Assembly (NCBI GenBank): GCA_017883075.1
Contig: JADGOI010000001.1
Coordinates: 1 to 63,087 of the forward strand
DNA: 63,087 bases
Direction: 5' to 3'
DNA from: Acidimicrobiales bacterium
Lineage (GTDB): Bacteria > Actinomycetota > Acidimicrobiia > Acidimicrobiales > RAAP-2
The notes beneath the pieces were generated by a model, which saw nothing but the letters and a program-made list of their open reading frames with translations, searched no databases and was not told the origin of the DNA. How positions within the stretch are numbered: the stretch's first letter is position 1; every line of letters begins with the position of its first letter. This document shows, piece after piece, positions 29,861 to 38,247 of this stretch. The position numbers and the translations under genes were made by a program.

Positions 29861-31099
29861 TCAGTCCCAGATCTGCTCCCCCAACCTGACCAATCCGGCC
29901 AGGTCGTAGATATCGGTATCGAAGAACGGCACAGTGGCCAGGACCTCAGGCACGGTGCCCAACTGCGACTTCTCCTCGGCCTCTCGCAATGCGACCACCC
30001 GGAAGTTCAAGAAGCTCTCTGCCACTTCGGTGAGCACCCGCCGGATCTGGGCCACATCGCCGAGTGTGGTGTCGGCCGACCCGAGCGTCGGTGCCAGCGA
30101 GGTAGCCAACTCCTCCGCCCGGTCCTTCATCGCCTCGGCCACCGTCGCCGCCGCCGAACCCTGGAGATAGGCCGGAAGCACTTTGTTCAACACGATGGCA
30201 CCGAGGTGGAGATGGCGCGCGGTGAGCTCCTGGGCGAAGAACTCCGCCTCGCGGAGTGGCACTCCCTCGAGGGTGGACACCACCATGAATGTTGTCCTCC
30301 GGTCAGACAGCAGCCGTTGCACCGCCCCCGCCCGCTCGACGAAGCCGTCATGCATCGATTGGAAGAGGACGAAGAATTCGGAGATATCGGCGAGGAACTG
30401 GGTGCCGAGGATGCGGTCGGCGACTTGGTAAAAGGGTCTGGTCGCCACATTCACCAATCGTGACCGATAGGGCACGATCAACCAGCGCAGGAGGCGTGAT
30501 GAGAAGAAATCGGCCAGGCGCTGTGGGGCATCCAGGAAGTCAAGGGCATTGCGGGTGGGGGGAGTATCGACGACTATCAGGTCATACTGACCGTCGGAGT
30601 GGATCTCGTAGAGACGCTCCATGGCGATGTAGTCGTGGCTTTGGACGAAACGCCCAGAGATGTTCTTGTAGAGCGGATTGGCCAGGATTGCGTCCCTGGT
30701 CTGCTGATCCGGGGCGTGCCTGCCGATCAGGGCGTCCCATGACTGCTTGGTATCGAGCATGGCCGCCCACAGCTCGCCCCGGGGTTTCAGGCCGGCGGAC
30801 CGGAACGCCTCGTCGGGTACCCGGCTTTCGGTGTTGCCGATTCCCTCGAGACCCAGGGCGTTGGCCAGGCGCTTGGCCGGATCAACGGTCAAGACCAGGA
30901 CCTTCCCCCCCTGCCGCAGGGCAGCCATCACTCCGACAGCGGCCGCTGTGGTGGTCTTTCCCACCCCGCCCGGTCCACAGGCGATGACTATCTCTTTGGC
31001 TGCCAACAGACCATCGAGGGAACCCGAACCATTCCCCGGAGAGCGCGGGGGCGAGTCCATCCGGCGGCCAGCCCTCTGGGTCGAACGTGCAGCCGCCAT
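29861..31099 (-). CDS. ArsA/Get3-like anion-transporting ATPase family protein (second of a pair)
   Basis: Deviant Walker A CGPGGVGKTT and ...VLVLTVDPAKRLA.... ATGA overlap with the upstream paralogue at 31099. Confidence 0.85.
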   Translation of the reverse strand: MAAARSTQRAGRRMDSPPRSPGNGSGSLDGLLAAKEIVIACGPGGVGKTTTAAAVGVMAALRQGGKVLVLTVDPAKRLANALGLEGIGNTESRVPDEAFRSAGLKPRGELWAAMLDTKQSWDALIGRHAPDQQTRDAILANPLYKNISGRFVQSHDYIAMERLYEIHSDGQYDLIVVDTPPTRNALDFLDAPQRLADFFSSRLLRWLIVPYRSRLVNVATRPFYQVADRILGTQFLADISEFFVLFQSMHDGFVERAGAVQRLLSDRRTTFMVVSTLEGVPLREAEFFAQELTARHLHLGAIVLNKVLPAYLQGSAAATVAEAMKDRAEELATSLAPTLGSADTTLGDVAQIRRVLTEVAESFLNFRVVALREAEEKSQLGTVPEVLATVPFFDTDIYDLAGLVRLGEQIWD

Positions 31100-32046
31100 C
31101 AGTATCCCAACTCCTCGCCCAGCGACGCCGCGACTTGACGAGTGGTCCGTAGGCCGTGTGAGCGGGTGAAGAGGTAGGGAAGATAGAGGAGGGGCACCGT
31201 CGGGTCGATGCCTTCCCGGAGTCGTTCGAGATGAGTGGAACGGGTGCGCCTCATGGTCACAGCCAACCGGGCAGCCTGGAGCACCGGCCCGGGGTCACCG
31301 CCGACCAACTCGGCAAGGTCTTCTGCCGGGCCGGCGGCGGACAACGCGTCGAAGACGGCTTCCTCCTGCCGGCCGAACAGCTCGGGAAGGACCCGATTCA
31401 CCACCACTGCCGACAGCTGCACCGTCGTTTCCTGTTCCACTCGGACCGCCAATTCGATCGTCTCATTGACGGGCATCTCTTCGGGTGTGCAGACGGCAAC
31501 CAGGCCCGTCTTGGAGGCGTCGGAAAGGATCTCGAGCATCCAGTCGGTCTGGGACCGGATCAAACCCACCTTCACCAGGTCGTTGATCGCCTGCGGCGCC
31601 GCCAACTGCCCGATGATGTGGCCCGATGCCGGTGCGTCGACCACCACCAGATCGTAATTACGCTCACGGACCTCGAAGCAGAGTTTGCCGACGGTGAGAA
31701 TCTCCCGGACTCCCGGAGCCGCGGTGGCGACGAAGTCGAACGCCTTGGCCAACGGCCCGATCCGGCCCACGACGGGAATGCGCAAATGGAGCTTCAGGTA
31801 CTCCCGAAGCGATGCCTCGGTATCCATGGTCATGCCAAAGAGGCCCGGGAGTATCTCCCTTTCGACAAAACCGGTCGGGGGTGCCTCGTAGAAGCCGGAG
31901 ACATCGCCTTTGGCGTCGACTTCGCACACCAGCACCCGTTTCCCCCGCTGCGAGGCGAGCAGGGCCATAGCCGAGGCAACCGTCGTCTTGCCGACGCCAC
32001 CCTTGCCGGTCACGAAGACCAGCTCCAGATCGAGGAGCGCTGTCAT
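31099..32046 (-). CDS. ArsA/Get3-like anion-transporting ATPase family protein (first of a pair)
   Basis: VTGKGGVGKTTVASAMA... and ...VVVDAPASGH.... I prefer the start ATG at 32046 (MTALLDLELVF). The alternative ATG at 32151 would overlap the DUF3107 gene by 44 nt. Confidence 0.8.
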   Translation of the reverse strand: MTALLDLELVFVTGKGGVGKTTVASAMALLASQRGKRVLVCEVDAKGDVSGFYEAPPTGFVEREILPGLFGMTMDTEASLREYLKLHLRIPVVGRIGPLAKAFDFVATAAPGVREILTVGKLCFEVRERNYDLVVVDAPASGHIIGQLAAPQAINDLVKVGLIRSQTDWMLEILSDASKTGLVAVCTPEEMPVNETIELAVRVEQETTVQLSAVVVNRVLPELFGRQEEAVFDALSAAGPAEDLAELVGGDPGPVLQAARLAVTMRRTRSTHLERLREGIDPTVPLLYLPYLFTRSHGLRTTRQVAASLGEELGY

Positions 32047-32107
32047 CCCGCCACCGGACCACGCCGGGGCATCACCGGGATCGCTGAAGGAGCTGAAAGG
32101 GTCGGGA

Positions 32108-32344
32108 TCAGGAGACCCCGAAGCCGACCCGACGATCGGATGCCGGCGCATCAACCTCTATATAGGCGACCTTGCCCGCCGGAACACCCACTCGGCGCCC
32201 CTTGCGGTCGGTCAACCAGAGGATGGAGCCCTCTTTGGCCAGTGCGACCTCGACGTCGGCCAGGACCTTGTCGCGGTCAGCATCGGCGGGCAACTCGATG
32301 TCGAGCTCCTTTATCGATTGCACGATCCCGATACGCACGTCCAC
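32108..32344 (-). CDS. DUF3107 family protein
   Basis: The GTG start at 32344 gives VDVRIGIVQSIKELDIEL...ILWLTDRKGRRVGVPAGKVAYIEV...RRVGFG, a typical 75-80-aa DUF3107 sequence. Confidence 0.8.
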   Translation of the reverse strand: MDVRIGIVQSIKELDIELPADADRDKVLADVEVALAKEGSILWLTDRKGRRVGVPAGKVAYIEVDAPASDRRVGFGVS

Positions 32345-32496
32345 CTGGCACGCTCCTCTCAACAGTTTGCCGGCGGTTCCGCCGACCCCCCTGACGATAC
32401 AAGCTCAGCGCAGCATGGCGCCCCAGTGGCACAGCCATAGGGCACACTGGCACTGTGGAAGGCGAGAGCGAACGCAACCGACGGTGGGCGTCCACC

Positions 32497-33603
32497 ATGT
32501 ACGCCCATGGAGACGAAGACACCAAATTCGCCCATGCCGACAGCCGAGCGGTGGCGGACCCGAACGGCCCCATCTCGGGTCTCGACCGCTCCGGCCGCGA
32601 AGCGGACGAGAGCGCACAGCAGGCCGTGGGGGCAACCGCGGCCCATGGCGGCGGTACCAGGCAGCGACCAGAGGAGCCCGATCCCTGGCGGACGTGCTTC
32701 GAACGGGACCGTGACCGGATCCTCCATGCCCCGGCCTTCCGTCGCCTGGCCGGGAAGACCCAGGTGTTCGTCTTCCCTGACGATCATCAGCGCACACGAC
32801 TGACCCATGCCCTGGAGGTGGCCCAGGTGGCCACCGGCGTTGCCCGGGCATGCAGGCTCAACGTGGCACTGACCGAGGCCATCGCTTTGGGCCACGATTG
32901 CGGACACGGGCCCGGCGGTCACGCGAGCGAGGATGCCCTGTCCCCTTATGTCGTCGGTGGGTTCGATCACGCCCCGTGGGGAGCCGACGTATCCCTGGCC
33001 CGGCTCAACCTCTGCCACGAGACGCTCGATGGCATACGCAACCACTCGTGGTCCAGGCCGGCGCCGAGCACGCCCGAAGGGGAGGTGGTCAGTTGGGCCG
33101 ACCGCATCGCCTATGTCTGTCACGATTTCGAAGACGCGGTGAAGAGCGGGATCGTCACTCCCAGTGTGCTCCCGACCTTGGTGCGTGAAAGCTGCGGGGA
33201 ACGCCGCAGCCAACAATTGGGGACGTTCATCGACGCCATGGTCTCGACGGTGTTGCAAACCGGTCGGATCGGAATGTCGGGTGCCTATGCCGAAGCCCTA
33301 TCGGCCTTTCGGGCCTGCAACTACGAGCACATCTACCTGCGTCCGAGTTCGGTCGCCCAGGGGCAGGCCGTGGTCGGAGTGCTTCGGGCACTTGTCGAGC
33401 ACTACGGTGACCGGCCCAATCTCATTCCCGACGGCGACGGGCACGGCGCCGGCCTGCGAGGTGGTGACGCGGAGGCCCTCAAGGCAGCGGTCAGCTACGT
33501 GGCCGGGATGACTGACCGATTCGCGTTCGGTCAAGCGGTGGCCGTCCTCGGTTGGGATCCCGACAAGCTTCCCATCGGAATTGGAATCACACGACAGTTC
33601 TGA
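32497..33603 (+). CDS. Deoxyguanosinetriphosphate triphosphohydrolase-like HD-domain protein
   Basis: ...FERDRDRILHAPAFRRLAGKTQVF...RLTHALEVAQV...LGHDCGHGPGGH...ADRIAYVCHDFEDA.... Start ATG at 32497; the track's GTG at 32455 is also possible. Confidence 0.85.
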   Translation: MYAHGDEDTKFAHADSRAVADPNGPISGLDRSGREADESAQQAVGATAAHGGGTRQRPEEPDPWRTCFERDRDRILHAPAFRRLAGKTQVFVFPDDHQRTRLTHALEVAQVATGVARACRLNVALTEAIALGHDCGHGPGGHASEDALSPYVVGGFDHAPWGADVSLARLNLCHETLDGIRNHSWSRPAPSTPEGEVVSWADRIAYVCHDFEDAVKSGIVTPSVLPTLVRESCGERRSQQLGTFIDAMVSTVLQTGRIGMSGAYAEALSAFRACNYEHIYLRPSSVAQGQAVVGVLRALVEHYGDRPNLIPDGDGHGAGLRGGDAEALKAAVSYVAGMTDRFAFGQAVAVLGWDPDKLPIGIGITRQF

Positions 33604-33967
33604 TTGGTACCTGAAGAGCTGGATCATCGGATCGCGGGGCGCCTCGCAATTTCGGATCGCGAGAGGACGTACCGGCAGATGAAGGAGCACTCAACCGTCA
33701 TCCGGGATTCGTCTCATCCAGCGGGAACACCCATGCAGAGTTCATCCCACGCTTCATCGTCGATGAGCGGCAGCGGCGCTCCGCATCCAGACCGGTGGGA
33801 GCGAGGTCCTCGCTCAGGTCCCCCACCCGCCGGCGGTACTGGTGGCCACCGAACCTGGTACTCGCCCGGGGCAACCTGAGATTGTCGTGTGCAACCGTGG
33901 TCGAAGCCCGGAAGCCGTCTGACAGGTCGAAGCGAGATCTGCTGATGGATCTGATCCATCATGTCGT

Positions 33968-35149
33968 TCAACGAACCGTCAACTCTTTTCGGTAGACCCG
34001 GGCCGGGCCCATCTCGACAATGGACAATGCCAATGCGGCGAAGACAGCCGCGGCCTCGCCGTCGGGATCGGCCACGGCCACCGGAATGCCCACGTCGGCA
34101 CCCTCGCGTAGCGCCGGCACCAGTGGCACCTGCGCCAACAGGGGGACCCCGAGCTCGTCAGCGAGCTCTTTCCCGCCGCCGGCACCGAACAACTCGTACC
34201 GGGCCCCATCGTCACCGGTGAACCAACTCATATTCTCGATGACACCGCGTACCGAAAGCTTCAACTTGCGGGCTGCATATGCCGAACGCTGGGCCACCCT
34301 CTGCGCCGCCGGCTGTGGCGTGGTGACGACGAACACCTCCGTCTTGGTCAGGTACTGACCCAGGGACAGGGTGACGTCCCCGGTCCCCGGAGGCATGTCG
34401 ACGAGTAGATAATCGGGCTCACCCCAGTACGCATCGACCAGGAACTGCTCCAACGCCTTGTGCAGCATCGGACCCCGCCAAATCACCGGCGTGTCATCGG
34501 GGACGAAGAAGCCCATCGACAGACAGCGGACGCCGTTGGCCGTCGCCGGCACCACCAGGTCGCCGATGATCAATGGATCCTCGGTGACCCCGAGCATCTT
34601 GGGCACCGAGAATCCGTACACGTCGGCATCGAGGATGCCGACGTCGTAGCCCAACCGGGACAATGCCACCCCGAGATTGACGGTCACCGAGGACTTTCCG
34701 ACTCCGCCCTTGCCCGACGAGACCCCGATCACCCGGGTCTTCGACCTTGGGAGCATGAATCGATTCGGTCGCCCTTCCTCGTGACCGAGGGGGGCACCGT
34801 GATCGTTTCCGCCGTGATCGTGCGCCCCCCCGGCCGCGCCCGGAGCTGCGCCTTCGACCGGCTCCCCCCGAAGCAACATCCGAAGCCGCGCCCGGTCCTC
34901 CTCCCCCATCAACGTCTGTTCCACCACCACTTCGTCGACCCCGGCCAGCGCGCTGACCGCCAGACGCACCCGGCCCATCAATTCGTCGATCTGCGGGTAG
35001 TGACCTACAGGTAGGGCGATATCCACTGCCACCCGCTTCCGCTTCACCCCTACTGCCCCGACCATGCCCAACTCCCCCAGCGGGCGTCGCAGTTCGGGAT
35101 CGGTCACGGCGGCAACAACCACTCTGACCTGGGACTCGTCGATGGACAT
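33968..35149 (-). CDS. mrp: Mrp/NBP35/ApbC family Fe-S cluster carrier ATPase with N-terminal DUF59 domain
   Basis: ...VTDPELRRPLGELGMV... (DUF59), SGKGGVGKSS Walker A, ...DMPPGTGD... and ...ENMS.... Confidence 0.9.
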   Translation of the reverse strand: MSIDESQVRVVVAAVTDPELRRPLGELGMVGAVGVKRKRVAVDIALPVGHYPQIDELMGRVRLAVSALAGVDEVVVEQTLMGEEDRARLRMLLRGEPVEGAAPGAAGGAHDHGGNDHGAPLGHEEGRPNRFMLPRSKTRVIGVSSGKGGVGKSSVTVNLGVALSRLGYDVGILDADVYGFSVPKMLGVTEDPLIIGDLVVPATANGVRCLSMGFFVPDDTPVIWRGPMLHKALEQFLVDAYWGEPDYLLVDMPPGTGDVTLSLGQYLTKTEVFVVTTPQPAAQRVAQRSAYAARKLKLSVRGVIENMSWFTGDDGARYELFGAGGGKELADELGVPLLAQVPLVPALREGADVGIPVAVADPDGEAAAVFAALALSIVEMGPARVYRKELTVR

Positions 35150-35195
35150 GCGGACTCTCCTCGGAAGAATTCGGGTTCACCGTAGACTAGGGGAC

Positions 35196-35987
35196 GTGCA
35201 ACCGGCCTCAGACAGTTCCGTGGTTGGCGCCGATCGACTCTCACCGGTGGTGCTGGACGGCGGAGTGGCTGTCATCCACGAGGCGGACAGCCAGTTCTCA
35301 GCGGCAGTCACCGCGGTGACCTCCGCGTTCGGAGATCCGACCCGCCGGGAGATCTACCTCTTCGTACGGTCCAACCCCGGCGCGACCTCGTCCGAAGTTG
35401 CCACCCATTTTTCAATCCATCCGAACGTCGCCCGTCACCACCTCGAGCGTCTCGCCACCGGCGGCTATCTCGAGGTCACCATGGAACGGGCTTCCGGCAA
35501 CGGAGCCGGGCGACCGTCCAAGCGGTTCCGGGCCATCGGCAACGATCCAACCCTCGACCTGCTCACCCGTCGGGATGATCTTCTGGTGCTTCTTCTCCAG
35601 GAGGCGCTTCAGCTCCTGGGGCCTCAAGCTGCCGAGAGCATGGCCGAGCGGGTCGGCGAAGAGTACGGCCGCACCCTGGCCACCCAGATGTCACCCGGTG
35701 ACGGCCAACGGTCGTTGCGGACCGCCATGCATGCCATCGCCGACACCCTGACCGCCCACGGGTTCGCCGCCCATGCCGAGGACCAGGGAACCACCACCGC
35801 GGTGGTGGCGGACAACTGCCCGTTCGGAAGCACTGCATCCCAGTTCCCCGTACTGTGCGCGGTCGACCGGGGCATGGTGAAAGGGTTGCTGGCCGGATTG
35901 TGCGGCGAGAGTTCCGAGGGAAGTGTCCCGGTTGTTCTGTCATCGTCCCGGGCTCGAGGCGATGACCAGTGCGCCGCCCTGGTCTGA
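35196..35987 (+). CDS. ArsR/SufR-like HTH transcriptional regulator with a C-terminal cysteine cluster
   Basis: HTH region ...FGDPTRREIYLFVRSNPGATSSEVATHFSIHPNVARHHLERLATGGYLEV.... The C-terminal pattern C-x12-C-x14-C...C resembles the SufR [4Fe-4S] ligand pattern. The start is uncertain (GTG at 35196 or 35220); the track start at 35064 overlaps mrp. Confidence 0.65.
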   Translation: MQPASDSSVVGADRLSPVVLDGGVAVIHEADSQFSAAVTAVTSAFGDPTRREIYLFVRSNPGATSSEVATHFSIHPNVARHHLERLATGGYLEVTMERASGNGAGRPSKRFRAIGNDPTLDLLTRRDDLLVLLLQEALQLLGPQAAESMAERVGEEYGRTLATQMSPGDGQRSLRTAMHAIADTLTAHGFAAHAEDQGTTTAVVADNCPFGSTASQFPVLCAVDRGMVKGLLAGLCGESSEGSVPVVLSSSRARGDDQCAALV

Positions 35988-36002
35988 CACCGAGCGCATC
36001 GG

Positions 36003-37148
36003 TTGGCCCGGCACTACCTTGACCACGCGTCGACGGCACCGCTTCGACCTGAGGCCAGTGACGCCATGGATGCGTGGGCACACTCTGGAGTCACCGGCGA
36101 CCCCGGGAGAGTCCACACCGAGGGGCGGATCACACGAGCTGCGCTGGAAGACGGACGCGAACGGATAGCGACCCTGTTCGGGGTACGACCGCTTCAGGTC
36201 ATCCTCACCTCCGGCGGGACAGAGTCGATCAACAGCGCGGTGTGGGGTGCGACCCGCCGCTCCCCCGGTCCGGTGATCTGTGCCGCGATCGAGCACTCCG
36301 CGGCCCGCGACTCGTCGGCCCGATTGGCAGACGTCCTCTCCCCGGCGGTCGACAGGTTCGGAACCCTCCATCTGCAGGCGGTCGACGACGCTATCGAGCA
36401 GTGTCGCTCGGAGTACGGCATGCTGCCTTCCCTCGTCCACTGTCAGTGGGCCAATCACGAAGTCGGCACCGTGCAGCCGGTCAACGACATCGTGTCCCGC
36501 TGCCGCGAGCTCGGAGTGCTCTCGCACGTGGACGCAGTGGCGGCCGCGGGCTACGTCCGCGTCGACCTCGGTGCACTCGATGCCGACCTGGTGTCGGTGT
36601 CATCCCACAAACTGGGAGGGCCTCCTGGCATCGGCGCTCTGATCGTCCGCAGGGGTCTGCGGATCGACCCGTATCTGGTCGGCGGTGTACAGGAGCGGGC
36701 TCGGCGGGCCGGACTCGAGAACCTGCCGGCCGCCATCGGCTTCGGTGCCGTCGCTGAGGCGTTGTTGGCACCTGGGCGCATGGATGCCGAGGCAGGCAAT
36801 GCCCGTCGTCACGCCGCCCGCCTGGTGAAGACCATCAGCGGCGTGGATGGGGTCACCATCTTCGGCGATCCGGAGCGTCATCTTCCCCACATCGTGTGCA
36901 CCGGCATCGATGGGGTCGAAGCCGAACCAGTGCTCCTGGGGCTTGACCAGGCAGGCATCGCCGCCCACTCGGGGTCGTCGTGTTCATCGGAGTCGCTGGA
37001 GCCGTCGCCGGTGCTCGAGGCCATGGGAGTCGATGCCGAGCATTCGCTCCGATTGTCTGTCGGATGGTCGACGGTCGACGCTGACATCGATGCTTTCGCC
37101 GACGCGTTCCCAACTGTGGTGGCGGGGTTGCGGGCCCTTCGATCGTAG
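36003..37148 (+). CDS. Cysteine desulfurase (NifS/IscS-like class V aminotransferase)
   Basis: PLP-lysine motif SVSSHKLGGPPGIGAL and active-site loop HSGSSCSS. TTG start at 36003, 15 nt after the regulator. Confidence 0.88.
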   Translation: MARHYLDHASTAPLRPEASDAMDAWAHSGVTGDPGRVHTEGRITRAALEDGRERIATLFGVRPLQVILTSGGTESINSAVWGATRRSPGPVICAAIEHSAARDSSARLADVLSPAVDRFGTLHLQAVDDAIEQCRSEYGMLPSLVHCQWANHEVGTVQPVNDIVSRCRELGVLSHVDAVAAAGYVRVDLGALDADLVSVSSHKLGGPPGIGALIVRRGLRIDPYLVGGVQERARRAGLENLPAAIGFGAVAEALLAPGRMDAEAGNARRHAARLVKTISGVDGVTIFGDPERHLPHIVCTGIDGVEAEPVLLGLDQAGIAAHSGSSCSSESLEPSPVLEAMGVDAEHSLRLSVGWSTVDADIDAFADAFPTVVAGLRALRS

Positions 37149-37263
37149 GCAGCCCGATGGGAGTCGGGCAGCAGCGTTGCGCGAATCGTGGAGAAGGCGG
37201 ACGCCAGAAGGACCCATCGCCAAGTAGGAGAAGTGAGACCGATCTCCCGGTAGGTTCTCCTCC

Positions 37264-38235
37264 ATGCGAACAGTTGTCTGCAACCAATTGGGGCCACTCG
37301 GCGATCTGGTCATCGAAGAGCGGGGTGAGCCCACCCCGGGCGAGGGTCAGGTGGTGGTGGATGTGCGGGCCGCCGGGGTCAACTTCGTGGACGGACTGTT
37401 GTGCCAGGGTCGGTACCAGATCAAGCCGCCCATCCCGTTCGTCCCCGGCGGGGAGATCGCCGGTGAGGTATCGGCCGTCGGAAGCGGCGTTACCGGAGTG
37501 TCGATCGGCGATCGGGTGATCGCATTCACCGGATTCGGCGGATTCGCCGAGCAGGTGGTGATATCGGCGCTAACTCTGGTGACCATGCCGGACACCCTTG
37601 GCTTCGGACAGGCAGCCACCCTCATCCAGAGCTACGGAACCATCCTGTTTGCGCTCACCCGGAGAACGTCTCTCAAGCCGGGTGAATGGGTACTGGTACT
37701 CGGAGCCGGTGGAGGGGTGGGATTGGCTGCCATCGACGTGGCCCGGGCAATGGGGGCACGAGTCATCGCCGCGGCATCGACCAAAGAGAAGCTCGACAAC
37801 GCGGTGGCCATGGGGGCCGAGGCCACCATCGCCTACGAGGACGAAGATCTCAAAGTCCGGGCGAGGGAGATTTCGGGTGGTGGAGTCGACGTGGTCATCG
37901 ATCCGGTCGGTGGTCGCCACAGCGAACCGGCTCTTCGGGCCACCGGCCCTTTCGGGCGCTTCTGCGTGATCGGGTTCGCCTCGGGCCCCATCGCCCCGAT
38001 ACCGCTCAATCAGGTGTTGCTGAACAACCGCACGGTGGTGGGGGTGGACTGGGGAGCCTGGACGTTTCGCGACCCGATCGGAAACCGCCGGCTGCTCGAC
38101 GAGCTGATGGGGCTGATCAGCGACGGCCGGCTCCATCCCACGGTTCCGAGCGAATACCCCCTCGATCAGGCTTCTTCGGTGATGTCCGGCCTGATCGACA
38201 GGACACTGGCAGGCAAGGTCGTATTGATTCCCTGA
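37264..38235 (+). CDS. NADPH:quinone oxidoreductase (zinc-type medium-chain dehydrogenase/reductase)
   Basis: ...VDVRAAGVNFVDGLLCQGRYQ...PFVPGGEIAGEV... and the GAGGGVG Rossmann motif. Confidence 0.85.
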   Translation: MRTVVCNQLGPLGDLVIEERGEPTPGEGQVVVDVRAAGVNFVDGLLCQGRYQIKPPIPFVPGGEIAGEVSAVGSGVTGVSIGDRVIAFTGFGGFAEQVVISALTLVTMPDTLGFGQAATLIQSYGTILFALTRRTSLKPGEWVLVLGAGGGVGLAAIDVARAMGARVIAAASTKEKLDNAVAMGAEATIAYEDEDLKVRAREISGGGVDVVIDPVGGRHSEPALRATGPFGRFCVIGFASGPIAPIPLNQVLLNNRTVVGVDWGAWTFRDPIGNRRLLDELMGLISDGRLHPTVPSEYPLDQASSVMSGLIDRTLAGKVVLIP

Positions 38236-38247
38236 AGGGATGCCGGT

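Noticed and set aside
33959-33970. The two in-frame TGA codons after mrp as selenocysteine or programmed readthrough sites.
   Set aside because: No SECIS-like hairpin immediately follows, there are no selenoprotein machinery genes in the window, and Mrp proteins are complete without an extension. I treat it as a possible remnant or small ORF only.
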